Positions 1 to 9,565 are shown, numbered from the stretch's first letter. The stretch is DNA of 64,000 bases from Candidatus Sumerlaeales bacterium (GCA_038243585.1 JBBSQY010000011.1:16154-80153), one strand, 5' to 3'. Notes: a model not told the origin generated them from the sequence alone. Numbers and translations: made by a program.

Positions 1-20
1 ACTCATATACCGCCGTCTTC

Positions 21-941
21 GTGTCGGCATGGCTTTTAACAACCGCAGCAGGTATCAGTCAAACTCAGGCAGTTCCAAATCAGAATCTTGCAGCATCGAA
101 CTTTTACATCACAACTCCCCAGACGGGTGAGCGACAGGCAGTTGGTGCCGCCAGCCCCTCCGTCACGGCGCCCGCAAGCCCAAATGTTGCCAATACTTAT
201 CTGACTCAAACGCCAAGGCAGACGGCTCAGAAACCCGCTAGCACTGCCCGGCAAGGCCGAAGGAATAGCGGTTCCGCAACAGCGACTGTTACACCGGCTT
301 ATTCAGTTCAGCAGGTTAGCAATTCTCCCGCGGCTTACCAGACCCAGCAAACTGCCGCCAACTATTATGTAAGCGCGCAACAGTCGCAGCAGGTTGTCTC
401 AACCTCAGCCCAGGCTGCCAGTAATTCTCAGCCATCAACTCAGCAAACCGTCAATCCGGCCTATGTTTCCAATGCGTCCAGCAACGATACGGGTTTTTTA
501 AGCCGGTTGCTGCATAGTAAGCCATCTGGTGGGAAGCAGCAACAGCAGCAGCCCGGTGCCATCAGGCAGGTTAGCAATCAGGTGGGTAACCTTGCGGGAA
601 AGGCAAGCAGAAGCGTTTCGTATGGGGCGAGCAAACTTGCAGGAACGATGCAGCAAGGAATGGCTAGCTGGTACGGTCAAGATTGGCACGGCAAAAAAAC
701 GGCCAATGGCGAGCGTTATGATATGGATAGCATGACGGCGGCCCATAAGACGCTGCCGTTTGGCACGGTGGTGAAGGTGCAAAACGAACGCAACGGTCGC
801 GAATGCCTTGTAAGAATTAATAATCGCGGTCCATTTTCGAAGGGTCGGGTTCTGGATCTTTCCAGGGCCGCGGCACGCCAGCTTGATATGGTCGGCTCAG
901 GCGTTGCGAAAATTAAAATGCAGGTTGTCGGAAAAAGCTAA
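21..941 (+). CDS. rlpA: Septal ring lytic transglycosylase RlpA-like lipoprotein (double-psi beta-barrel domain) with a long Q/S/T/A-rich low-complexity N-terminal region
   Basis: The C-terminal 90 aa carry the RlpA DPBB signature (SWYGQDWHGKKTANGERYDMDSMTAAHKTLPFGTVVKVQNERNGRECLVRINNRGPF...LDLSRAAARQLDM). The N-terminal two thirds is Q/T/S/A/P-rich low complexity. The start at 21 is GTG and the frame is open back to base 1, so the gene may begin upstream of the window. Confidence 0.7.
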   Translation: MSAWLLTTAAGISQTQAVPNQNLAASNFYITTPQTGERQAVGAASPSVTAPASPNVANTYLTQTPRQTAQKPASTARQGRRNSGSATATVTPAYSVQQVSNSPAAYQTQQTAANYYVSAQQSQQVVSTSAQAASNSQPSTQQTVNPAYVSNASSNDTGFLSRLLHSKPSGGKQQQQQPGAIRQVSNQVGNLAGKASRSVSYGASKLAGTMQQGMASWYGQDWHGKKTANGERYDMDSMTAAHKTLPFGTVVKVQNERNGRECLVRINNRGPFSKGRVLDLSRAAARQLDMVGSGVAKIKMQVVGKS

Positions 942-951
942 ATTCAGGCTT

Positions 952-1752
952 TTACATTGCCGCTTTTAATTCCCGCATATAGCCTTCCACAGATGCATAC
1001 AGTTCTTTCTCCGGCTCTGCTGCGTTTCTTCCGATAAGATCAATTAACGCGCTTCCGACGATTACGCCGTCCGCCCATTGCCCCACCTGCGCAGCTTGTT
1101 CCGGCGTTGATATGCCAAAGCCTACCGCAACCGGGGTATCCGTACATTGACGAATCTCCGCCAGGGCTTCGCTCAGCTCAAACTGTTGATTTTGACGAGC
1201 ACCGGTGACACCCTGCAGGCTGATGTAGTAAAGGAAGCCACCGCCATGGGTGCAGATAAGCTTTTTGCGGGCGAGGTTCGATGTTGGAGCAATCAGACAT
1301 ATCAAATCCAGGTTATGCTTTTTGAGCACAGGCGCAACTTCTTCGACCTCCTCTGCCGGCAAATCCGCGATAAGCACCCCGTCGGCTCCAGCGGCTTTTG
1401 CGTCTGCGGCAAACTTTTCCATCCCGTAATGGAAATAAGGATTATACGCCCCAAATAAAACAACGGGCGTTTCGCTGCCGGCGGCTCGGAACTGACGTAC
1501 CATATCAATTACCATGACAAGGTTTACCCCGTGCCCCAGTGCTACGGAAGAAGATTTTTGAATGGTCGGACCATCTGTCAGCGGATCGCTGAAAGGTACT
1601 CCGAGTTCAATGATGTCCGCGCCGCCTTTCTCAAGGCTGCGCATCAACTCAACCGTGTGCCGCGGCTCTGGGAATCCGGCGGTTAGATATGGAATAAGGG
1701 CGCGCTCCCCGCGGGAACGCAGCTGAATAAATGTTTCCGTTATACGACTCAT
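952..1752 (-). CDS. trpA: Tryptophan synthase alpha subunit
   Basis: 266 aa. The N-terminus FIQLRSRGERALIPYLTAGFPEP...GGADIIELGVPFSDPLTDGPTIQ and the C-terminal GFGISTPEQA phosphate-binding loop are canonical TrpA motifs. Confidence 0.85.
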   Translation of the reverse strand: MSRITETFIQLRSRGERALIPYLTAGFPEPRHTVELMRSLEKGGADIIELGVPFSDPLTDGPTIQKSSSVALGHGVNLVMVIDMVRQFRAAGSETPVVLFGAYNPYFHYGMEKFAADAKAAGADGVLIADLPAEEVEEVAPVLKKHNLDLICLIAPTSNLARKKLICTHGGGFLYYISLQGVTGARQNQQFELSEALAEIRQCTDTPVAVGFGISTPEQAAQVGQWADGVIVGSALIDLIGRNAAEPEKELYASVEGYMRELKAAM

Positions 1753-1855
1753 AGAAACAACTACCTAATGTTGTGATCTCACAAGGAAAGCAAAATCCAT
1801 CGCGGAACAGTTTTAGTTGCGCACTACTTCGGGAAGACATCGGATTAAGGGACTC

Positions 1856-2866
1856 ATGACTACTAAAATTTATGACATCGCCATTATCGGCGCAGGCCCG
1901 GCTGGCCTGTTTGCCCTGTTTTACGCATCCATGCGAGACATGGACGCGCTTTTGCTGGATAGCCTTCCGCAGCCGGGAGGTCAGCTCGCAACCCTGTATC
2001 CGGAAAAGTTCATCTACGATATGCCGGGATTCCCAAAAGTTCCTGCCGCAGAGCTTGCCCAGTTGATGTATGAGCAGGCCACCATGCATCGCAAGCAGGA
2101 TATGGAACTTGGCGCTCGCGTGGAGACTCTGACCTTTGACGCGACGACGGACCTTTTCACGCTGCATGACTCGAAAGGAAAGCCATTTCAGGCTAGAACT
2201 GTTCTGATTACCACCGGGGCGGGAGCGTTTCGCCCGAACCGCCTCAAGATACCTCACGTCGAGCGACTGGAGGGCCAGAATGTTCATTATTTCGTTCAGG
2301 ACAAATCAGTCTTTGCCGACAAACCAATTGTTATCGTGGGCGGCGGCGACAGTGCCCTTGACTGGGTCTTGAATCTTCATGACGTGGCGTCTAATATAAG
2401 CCTTGTTCACAGAAGGGATACCTTTAGAGCCCACGAAGAGTCGGTGCGTAAGGTTAATGCCCTCTCTCATGTGAATCAGTATCTCTATTACGAGGTGAAA
2501 GAGCTGGAGATCGGCGGGCTGGAAAATTTGGAACAGGTGGTCATTGAGAATAATAAGACGGGCGAAAGGCTCATGCTCCGGGCAGATCATCTGATTATAA
2601 ACATGGGTTTCGTGGCTGATATGGGTCCGGTGAAAAATTGGGATCTGGAGTTGCAGGGCAATTACATCAAAGTGAACTCTCATATGGAGACTAACCGGAA
2701 AGGCGTATTCGCGGCGGGGGATGTGACTACGTACGACGGCAAGATCAAATTGATCGCAACGGCGACGTCCGAAGCGGCTATCGCTGTCAACGCCGCAAAA
2801 CAACGGATAGACCCGACCCAGCGGCTACAGCCGGGACATTCCTCTGCTTTGTACGAGTCAAAATAA
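1856..2866 (+). CDS. Ferredoxin-NADP+ reductase / thioredoxin-reductase-like FAD-dependent oxidoreductase (YumC type)
   Basis: N-terminal FAD Rossmann motif YDIAIIGAGPAGLFA and a second GGGDSALDW NAD(P) motif. Length of about 336 aa from the ATG at 1856 (MTTKIYD); the ORF-track start at 1817 is less likely. Confidence 0.75.
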   Translation: MTTKIYDIAIIGAGPAGLFALFYASMRDMDALLLDSLPQPGGQLATLYPEKFIYDMPGFPKVPAAELAQLMYEQATMHRKQDMELGARVETLTFDATTDLFTLHDSKGKPFQARTVLITTGAGAFRPNRLKIPHVERLEGQNVHYFVQDKSVFADKPIVIVGGGDSALDWVLNLHDVASNISLVHRRDTFRAHEESVRKVNALSHVNQYLYYEVKELEIGGLENLEQVVIENNKTGERLMLRADHLIINMGFVADMGPVKNWDLELQGNYIKVNSHMETNRKGVFAAGDVTTYDGKIKLIATATSEAAIAVNAAKQRIDPTQRLQPGHSSALYESK

Positions 2867-2915
2867 TGACTCGTTATTTTATCCCGACGATGACAATTTT
2901 AAATAGGAAACAAAA

Positions 2916-3140
2916 ATGAGAGAACGCACCATTCGGGTCCTGATGGACAAACGAAACAATCGATTCGCTATTCATGACGTGGTATCCGGCGATCTCTTGC
3001 ATATATTTTATCCTACGCGAGACATCTCCGAGATGGCTCCTCAGCAGATTGTGGACAATGAGAACGAGGCCATTCGTGATTTCATGGTAAACGGAAATCA
3101 TGGGGACGAAGACGACAGCGAAAATGAGCTGGGCTGGTAG
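2916..3140 (+). CDS. Small acidic hypothetical protein (74 aa)
   Basis: The ORF ends 1 nt before the ATG at 3142 of the next gene, suggesting an operon. It has no recognisable motifs and only a weak RBS. Confidence 0.3.
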   Translation: MRERTIRVLMDKRNNRFAIHDVVSGDLLHIFYPTRDISEMAPQQIVDNENEAIRDFMVNGNHGDEDDSENELGW

Positions 3141-3141
3141 C

Positions 3142-4275
3142 ATGATGGTAGCAGGCGCTTTCACGAGGTGCGGTCTGGCCGCGGCTGCGATGTATATTGT
3201 CTCCGGGGCCACGGCGCAGCAACCTCCTTTGCCGGCGGCCCGGCAATCCGCTATCTCGACACCCGCCCCTGCGGCTCAACCGCCTGCGGCCGGACCGCCT
3301 GCAGCTGCGTCCGCCCAGGCCGGCATAAGCGATCGTCAATCGTCACTTACGGTGCAGCAGATCGTCGCTCGTCAGGAAGACAATTTCGCCAAAATTAAGA
3401 ACGCCCAGGGTATCGTAGTCCATACGGAAACGCGATATAATGAGCAGGGCCAAGCCCAAACCCCCAGCACCCAATATATCTTTTTTGCGTACGAGGGTAA
3501 TCGCAGCGTTACACTTACGATGCCGGAGCAGGCCGCCAGTATCTATAGAGGGTCGCAGGGACAGGTTCCCTGGAAGCAGATCACTGCGGCCTACCACGTA
3601 ACCGGCGATACTGTCTACATTATACAAAAGCCGGAAGGAACTGCCTCGACCCCAACGGTCGTAGCGACATCTTTTAACCCTGCCGTGCATGAAAACAATC
3701 CGCTGGTGGCGTTTCATCCGAGGCAGGTGAGCGATGAAACCCTGCCCCTGCGCGATCTGGCGGGAGCCATTCCCAACATGGAACAGCGCCCGACAGTTTC
3801 GGATACCTTCCATGATGGAAAGCCAATGGTTCGCATTGATTTTATAAATCCGAAAACGCCGACGGAGCGACTCTATTACATCATAGATCCGGCGCGGGGC
3901 TACCTGCCGGTGGAAATTGGCCGGGTCAGCGGGACCCAGGCCCTGAGTATGTCAAAGATTATCATTGGCAATACCCCCGACGGCACATGGATCCCAGCGC
4001 GACGCGAGCGTACCATGTATGATGGAAAAGGCAAGGGTGTAAGCCGGCAAACCTGGTATTATGAGTTTTTGGCAGTGAACGAGGGCCTGGCGGCGAAGGC
4101 CTTAAGCCTGATGTATTTTAACCTGCCGCTGACCACCAAAGTCTCGATAGTAGGCGGTAAAACGCCGGGTGGACCTCAACAGCCCGCAGGACGACCAGTT
4201 CCGCCGCTCCCCGCGACTCCTACGCCATTGCCACAGCGGACGGCGCCCACGCCTATGAGCGTGCCTTTGAGATAG
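3142..4275 (+). CDS. Secreted hypothetical protein with a Pro-rich C-terminal tail
   Basis: Signal-peptide-like N-terminus (MMVAGAFTRCGLAAAAMYIVSGATAQQ), an Ala/Pro-rich linker and a C-terminal PxP tail. The ORF-track start at 3100 overlaps the upstream small ORF, and the ATG at 3142 gives the cleaner signal peptide. Confidence 0.5.
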   Translation: MMVAGAFTRCGLAAAAMYIVSGATAQQPPLPAARQSAISTPAPAAQPPAAGPPAAASAQAGISDRQSSLTVQQIVARQEDNFAKIKNAQGIVVHTETRYNEQGQAQTPSTQYIFFAYEGNRSVTLTMPEQAASIYRGSQGQVPWKQITAAYHVTGDTVYIIQKPEGTASTPTVVATSFNPAVHENNPLVAFHPRQVSDETLPLRDLAGAIPNMEQRPTVSDTFHDGKPMVRIDFINPKTPTERLYYIIDPARGYLPVEIGRVSGTQALSMSKIIIGNTPDGTWIPARRERTMYDGKGKGVSRQTWYYEFLAVNEGLAAKALSLMYFNLPLTTKVSIVGGKTPGGPQQPAGRPVPPLPATPTPLPQRTAPTPMSVPLR

Positions 4276-4324
4276 GAAATCGCCCCGGAAACACGCACCC
4301 CATGTGATTGCTATCGTCCGAAAG

Positions 4325-5347
4325 CTACTTAGCGTCCGCTTTTAGCGCCGCGGCCAGTTTTTGCGCGTTGTAACGCATTGTCAGCAAGTAGCTGCCGCGC
4401 TCCTTGTCCCCCTCAGTACCGTAGGGGTCAAGCATACTAGTGGAACCGCCTGCCGCCTTGGCGATCAGTTCCGCCACCCGCGGGTTCAATTGTGGTTCCG
4501 TAAAAATAGTGCGAATCTTGAGAGCTTTCAGCCGATCGGTAACCGTTCGAAGGTATTTCTCGCTCGGGGTTTTGCCTGCATATTCTTCTATTACTGCGGC
4601 AATTTTTAAATGATAACGCCGGGCGAGATAAGGCCAGGCATTGTGAAAAGAAACAAAAGCCTGCCCTGCGTAGGGCTCCAGCATAGCCGCCACCTCGGCG
4701 TCCATATCTTTCAGATCCTGCAGATACTTGTCTGCGTTGGCCGCGTAAACGGCTTCACCGTCCGGATCGATCTTAGTCAGCGCGTCTCTAATAATTACCA
4801 CCGATTCTATTACGAGTTGCGGGTCCAGCCAGAAGTGTGGATTTACATCTCCGTGGTTGTGACCTTTATGTTCATGCCCATTATGATTGCCAGGACCATG
4901 TGCCTCTTCTGCTCCCACGTTCTCCACAGACTCATCCAGGTGCGCCACATCTGGAAGTTTCGCGGCCTCCAGAAGCATATTGCCGATGCTGATCACCTGC
5001 GGTCCGTTGGCTCCCGCAGATTTCACAAGACTTGCTCCCCAGTCGTCCATGTTCAGGCCTGTTTTCAAAAACAGTCGTGACCGGGCAATCAGGCGCATGT
5101 CTCGCGGAGCCGGATCAAATGTGTGTGGACTGGCTCCCGCAGGCAATAATGTTTCCACATAAACGCGCTCTCCACCCACCTGCCTCGTCCAGTCGGCCAG
5201 CGGAAAGACCGTCGCCACAACCACGACTTTTCCTTCCGCTTCTGGTAACGCGTCGCCGCGCTTTACGCAACCCGATGTCAGCGCTAAACAGCACAACAAT
5301 ATTGAAACGAGCACCGGATTAAAGCGGTTATTAAGATAAAGACGCAT
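4325..5347 (-). CDS. znuA: Metal ABC transporter substrate-binding protein, ZnuA/TroA family, with His-rich loop
   Basis: Lipoprotein signal (LLCCLALTSGC), the TroA-fold motif VVATVFPLADWTRQVGG and a His-rich insert (HGPGNHNGHEHKGHNHGDVNPHFWLDP) typical of ZnuA. Confidence 0.65.
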   Translation of the reverse strand: MRLYLNNRFNPVLVSILLCCLALTSGCVKRGDALPEAEGKVVVVATVFPLADWTRQVGGERVYVETLLPAGASPHTFDPAPRDMRLIARSRLFLKTGLNMDDWGASLVKSAGANGPQVISIGNMLLEAAKLPDVAHLDESVENVGAEEAHGPGNHNGHEHKGHNHGDVNPHFWLDPQLVIESVVIIRDALTKIDPDGEAVYAANADKYLQDLKDMDAEVAAMLEPYAGQAFVSFHNAWPYLARRYHLKIAAVIEEYAGKTPSEKYLRTVTDRLKALKIRTIFTEPQLNPRVAELIAKAAGGSTSMLDPYGTEGDKERGSYLLTMRYNAQKLAAALKADAK

Positions 5348-5439
5348 ATTTTTATTGATCTTCTTATTGGAAGGCGATAGACGCTTTGTTTACTGATTGC
5401 GGAAACTGATATTCGATTATCGATTGTTGAGGTTGGGAA

Positions 5440-5844
5440 ATGAAACACGTTCGACTGCTGGCCCTGAGTGCTATGGTTTTTGCGATTTGCGCGAGCGGCT
5501 TTGCGCGCGGTCCATTTTATCCTGAAAATACCGGCGCAAAAAAATCCCGTAAGTTTGCTCGTGGATTTGTTAACACCTTGTTTTTCTGGGCTGAAGTTCC
5601 CAAGGAAGTCAATCGCGACTGGCAGAACGTGGATCCGCTGACCGGTGTGGTTACTGGAACTGGCAAAGGTATGTATAAAGGCGCGCAACGTTTCGGTGCG
5701 GGCGTATATGAAATGGTGACATTCCGTAAAGATCAACCGGCCAACTATCAGCCGCTGATATACCCGGAAGTTGTTTTGGAAGACGGATATGACTGGGGCG
5801 CTGAAGAATATTATCATCAGCAGCGGTCGTCGAATCTATATTAA
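5440..5844 (+). CDS. Small secreted protein, paralog A of a tandem pair (uncharacterised family)
   Basis: Signal peptide MKHVRLLALSAMVFAICASGFA. Shares conserved blocks with the next ORF (G.VNTLFFWAEVPKEVNRDWQNVDPLTG...GTGKG...G..R...G.YE..TF....PANYQPLIYPE). Confidence 0.55.
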   Translation: MKHVRLLALSAMVFAICASGFARGPFYPENTGAKKSRKFARGFVNTLFFWAEVPKEVNRDWQNVDPLTGVVTGTGKGMYKGAQRFGAGVYEMVTFRKDQPANYQPLIYPEVVLEDGYDWGAEEYYHQQRSSNLY

Positions 5845-5910
5845 TTTTTGCTGGACAAACGTAGAACGCTCAAAGTAGAGTTGAGGTTAAGGTTAAGGAG
5901 ATTGTTGAAA

Positions 5911-6333
5911 ATGATGACGAGAAAATGCTTTGGCATCGCGACTGCTGTCGCCGCTGTATGTCTGCTGGGCAACGTGGCGAGCGCGCAGATGTATGGCGAT
6001 GAATACCGTGATCAAAGCGCGTTTGGAAAAATGCAGAACAAACTGGGTCGCGGCCTTGCGAACATGGCTACGGGTTTTGTTGAAGTTCCTAAAAATATCA
6101 GCCGCGAATGGCGCAAGAGCGATCCGGCCACCGGTATTATTGTCGGCGGCGTAAAGGGCATCGGCTGGGGCTTTACGCGTTTTGCAACTGGCGCGTATGA
6201 AACGTTTACGTTTCCTGTTCCGTCACCGGCTAATTACGAGCCACTGATGTACCCAGAGACTCCGCTTCCAGATGTCTGGGGCGAGCAGCTTCCTTATTTC
6301 GACCGCGACGGCGATCCTCGCCTGACGCTGTAG
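5911..6333 (+). CDS. Small secreted protein, paralog B of the tandem pair
   Basis: A GGAG RBS lies 9 nt upstream of the ATG at 5911 (MMTRKCFGIATAVAAVCLLGNVASA), which gives a signal peptide. Motifs MATGFVEVPKNISREWRKSDPATG, GGVKG, GAYETFTFP and PANYEPLMYPE parallel the upstream ORF. Confidence 0.55.
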   Translation: MMTRKCFGIATAVAAVCLLGNVASAQMYGDEYRDQSAFGKMQNKLGRGLANMATGFVEVPKNISREWRKSDPATGIIVGGVKGIGWGFTRFATGAYETFTFPVPSPANYEPLMYPETPLPDVWGEQLPYFDRDGDPRLTL

Positions 6334-6475
6334 TACTAGTTTAAGAAGGTTATTTTTTTTGGCGGTGATCAGATAGATTTTTATCTGTTCACCGTCTTTT
6401 CTGTTTTCAGGAATGGCTCTGACATGTGGTTAAGATTGGATATAAAATGTTAAAATTAGAGTTTAAAATAGCGTA

Positions 6476-7420
6476 ATGGAAAAACAGGCATCAGCGACTG
6501 ATACAGTACACGGGCAGGCACCCGCACTGATCCGGAAGTTTACGTCAGCAAAATATTTAAAGCCGATTATTAGCCAGGCGTTGCAAGAGGATCTTGGAAC
6601 TGGAGATTTGACTGAAGGCCTTTTCGCATCATCGCCGAAGACAGAAAACGCGAAACTTGTGGCGAAGGCAGACGGCATTTTAAGTGGCAGCTACCTAGTG
6701 GACGCGGTTTACCGCCATCTGCACCCTCGTATAAAAGTAAAATGGAATTTCAAGGACGGGGAGCCGATTAAAAAAGGTCAGGTGCTGGCAACTATTGCAG
6801 GTCCCATTGCAGCACTTCTGCAAGGTGAACGCGTGGCTTTAAATTTTTTGCAGCGTATGTCCGGTATCGCCACGTTGACAGGGCAATTTGTTGCTTTAAT
6901 TGGCAAAGGCAAAAGTAAGCCGCGAATCTATGATACCCGCAAGACGACTCCCCTGCTGCGGGCTTTTGAAAAAAAGGCCGTTGTGGATGGCGGGGGAAGC
7001 AGCCACAGGTTTGCACTTTACGATATGGCGATGCTGAAAGATAACCACATTGACGCGGCAGGCGGGATCAGCGAGGCTGTGCAAAGCCTTGGGGAAAGTG
7101 GTTTCTTCGACAGACGACCGCGCCTTGGCCTGTGTATCGAAGTCCGCAGCCTCGACGAGGCTTTAGAAGCTATTGGATGTCGGGCGGACATCATTATGCT
7201 GGATAACATGTCGCCCGCAACGATTCGAACGACAGCAGACAAGCTGAAACGCAGGGCCAGGAGTCTCGGAATTAGGATGCCGGAACTGGAAATCAGTGGA
7301 GGGATAACTGTCAAAAATATTAAAAAGTACAGTGAGCTTCCAGTACAACGTATCAGCGTGGGAGCGCTTACACACAGTGCTCCAGCCCTCGACATTTCTA
7401 TGCTGTTTGCAAGACCGTGA
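6476..7420 (+). CDS. nadC: Nicotinate-nucleotide pyrophosphorylase (quinolinate phosphoribosyltransferase)
   Basis: QPRTase motifs: LQEDLGTGDLT in the N-terminal domain, plus RIYDTRKTTPLLRAFEKKAVVDGGGSSHRFALYDMAMLKDNH and IIMLDNMSP. Confidence 0.8.
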   Translation: MEKQASATDTVHGQAPALIRKFTSAKYLKPIISQALQEDLGTGDLTEGLFASSPKTENAKLVAKADGILSGSYLVDAVYRHLHPRIKVKWNFKDGEPIKKGQVLATIAGPIAALLQGERVALNFLQRMSGIATLTGQFVALIGKGKSKPRIYDTRKTTPLLRAFEKKAVVDGGGSSHRFALYDMAMLKDNHIDAAGGISEAVQSLGESGFFDRRPRLGLCIEVRSLDEALEAIGCRADIIMLDNMSPATIRTTADKLKRRARSLGIRMPELEISGGITVKNIKKYSELPVQRISVGALTHSAPALDISMLFARP

Positions 7421-7476
7421 TTAATCCGTTTGTTAATTAGCTTGCCTGCGGTCCTGTCAGGCGCTCCAGTTGTCTT

Positions 7477-8322
7477 ATGAAAACCGCAATCCTTGGACTT
7501 GGAATAATTGGCAGCGCCTGGGCAAAGAATCTTATTGCTGACGGCTTAGACGTTTCGTGCTGGAATCGCACTGCGAAGGAATTCCCTGGCAGTGTTTCCA
7601 CCCCTGCGGAAGCTGTCGATGGTGCTGACTCTATACTTGTTGTGGTGTCTGATCCGGAAGCTGTTCAATGCGTGGTTTCTGCAATCCTTCCTGTGCTGCG
7701 AAATGGTCAAACTGTGATTCAATCGTCTACCATTTCACCCAGCTGGTCGCGCGACTTTGCTCACCAGATTGAAACAACCGGAGCTAAGTTTTTAGAGGCT
7801 CCATTTACGGGCAGCAAGCCGGCGGCTGAGGATCGGAAAACCGTTTTTTACCTGGGCGGGACACCGGAAGTGGTGGCAGAGACAACTCCCCTACTGGCAC
7901 GGCTTAGCAGTACAATCATGCACGTTGGACCTCTCGGCTCAGCGTCGTCTCTTAAGTTGGCGATGAACTTGAACCTGGCTGGGATTTCTCAGGCGCTAGC
8001 GGAAAGTCTGACACTTGCTCGCGCCGAAGGCATACCTGACGATGTGTTTTTTGATGCGCTAAGAGTCAACGCCGGACGTTCCGGCTTTTCCGATATGAAA
8101 GAGACGAAGTTGCGCGAGCGCGATTACTCTGCTCAGTTCAGTGTCAAACACATGGGAAAAGATCTGCGCCTTGCTTTGGAAACGGCATCAAACGCCCAGG
8201 TGATTCTGCCACAGACTAAGCAGCTTTATGACGAAGTATACGCCCGCGGACTAGAAACCGGTTTGGGCGATCAGGATTTTACCGGGTTAATCCAGTTACT
8301 TGAAGATAAGCGTAGTGATTAA
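7477..8322 (+). CDS. NAD(P)-dependent oxidoreductase, 3-hydroxyisobutyrate/6-phosphogluconate dehydrogenase-like family
   Basis: N-terminal Rossmann motif MKTAILGLGIIGSAWAKNL, with length and a C-terminal helical domain typical of the beta-hydroxyacid dehydrogenase family. Confidence 0.7.
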   Translation: MKTAILGLGIIGSAWAKNLIADGLDVSCWNRTAKEFPGSVSTPAEAVDGADSILVVVSDPEAVQCVVSAILPVLRNGQTVIQSSTISPSWSRDFAHQIETTGAKFLEAPFTGSKPAAEDRKTVFYLGGTPEVVAETTPLLARLSSTIMHVGPLGSASSLKLAMNLNLAGISQALAESLTLARAEGIPDDVFFDALRVNAGRSGFSDMKETKLRERDYSAQFSVKHMGKDLRLALETASNAQVILPQTKQLYDEVYARGLETGLGDQDFTGLIQLLEDKRSD

Positions 8323-8381
8323 AATCCTGCTGGTGCATAGCAAAATCATTCTTTTTCCCATCATGCAATAAAGAGAGGTCA

Positions 8382-9167
8382 GTGAAAATGAATGCATCGA
8401 AATGCTTGCGAAAAACGTTTTTAAGCTTATCCATTTTTCTTTCGGTTGCTGGTTTCGCTGCGGCACAAACAGGAACTGATCCTGGTTTAACTAGTAGACC
8501 ACTTGCGCAAAGTGCTGTTGAGACTCTAACCGCTGAATTCGGACCGCGTTTGCTCGCTTCCCGATATATGGAGAAGAATACCAAACCGGTTGAATGGCCG
8601 GGGTACGAGGGGCTCCCGACTCTGTTATGTGAGTATTCTGTAACAGACAAAAAGACGAGCATTACCAAGAGCGCGCCTGTTGTACTGCTAAATCCGCCTC
8701 CGGAAATGCTGGCCGGCTGGATAGTCGACGCCTGCATCCAAGCATCTGGCACATTTGTACTGGACGATGCACGTAAATTTTTCAACCACGTAATCAGCCA
8801 GTCGGGGGGACAGTTTCCGGTGGCGGGCGTCGTGTATGAAGACATGGAAGGTGACGGGCTGATGAAGGCCTATTGCTTCCGTGATGGAGTCACTGTACGC
8901 GTCGACGGTATGGTTCACCGAACAACTGCGCCACTGACCATCGCCGAGCGTGAAGCGTCCCTTCGTGGGCCCGTTAACCGAGTTTATACCTATGCCAGAA
9001 TCGCCAGTACCAGTCCTAATGATTATAAAGCCGCAGGCGGAACCGTGGATGTCGGCGATAACCAGGAGCGGAAACTGGCTTGGTTAGAAGTGGTGCGCGA
9101 TGCCTACACTAAAGCGTGGAAAACCGGCCGCAATGATCTTTTTGTGCAGTGGTTGAAAAATCACTAG
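8382..9167 (+). CDS. Secreted hypothetical protein
   Basis: Signal peptide (LSLSIFLSVAGFAAAQ); no recognisable catalytic motifs. Confidence 0.5.
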   Translation: MKMNASKCLRKTFLSLSIFLSVAGFAAAQTGTDPGLTSRPLAQSAVETLTAEFGPRLLASRYMEKNTKPVEWPGYEGLPTLLCEYSVTDKKTSITKSAPVVLLNPPPEMLAGWIVDACIQASGTFVLDDARKFFNHVISQSGGQFPVAGVVYEDMEGDGLMKAYCFRDGVTVRVDGMVHRTTAPLTIAEREASLRGPVNRVYTYARIASTSPNDYKAAGGTVDVGDNQERKLAWLEVVRDAYTKAWKTGRNDLFVQWLKNH

Positions 9168-9314
9168 TACTTTTGGACGAGGAATCAACTCTGTTCCGTT
9201 GCCGAGACTAACGCTGAAGCGGTAACAAGGCCACGCTGAAGCGCACTATAATCTTTTACCAATCCCAACACCCCTCATAAATGAGGGTGCAAAGAGGGAT
9301 CCGGCTAAAGGCGG

Positions 9315-9385
9315 AAACTCGTAGTCATAATCACCGGAAAATCGTGGTCATAACCCATCGGAACCTTGTAGTCATAGTCATTCAT
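9315..9385. repeat. Three direct repeats of an approximately 18 nt unit (TCGTRGTCATARYCA) spaced 23-24 bp apart, flanked by GCTGAAGCGC-like boxes
   Basis: The copies are tcgtagtcataatcacc at 9319, tcgtggtcataacccatc at 9342 and ttgtagtcatagtcattc at 9366. Related boxes acgctgaagcgg and acgctgaagcgcac lie at 9221-9256, and tgctgaagtgcgcc at 9413-9426. Confidence 0.6.
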
Positions 9386-9446
9386 GCATTCTGCTGAGTC
9401 GCGTGCTTCATTTTGCTGAAGTGCGCCGTTTAGGCGGCGGTGTTCC

Positions 9447-9483
9447 TATTATTTAAACAAAAAAAACGCCCCGAGGCAATAAG
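9447..9483 (-). terminator. Rho-independent terminator of glnA
   Basis: On the minus strand, a GC-rich hairpin (cgccccgag/ctcggggcg, 8 nt loop) is followed by a run of 8 T, 80 bp downstream of the glnA stop. Confidence 0.7.
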
Positions 9484-9565
9484 CTCGGGGCGTTAAATTA
9501 TGTTGGCATATCAGATATCAATTGCTTGCAGGTGATCTGAAAGCCTGTCACGGTGTTCCGTTTAA

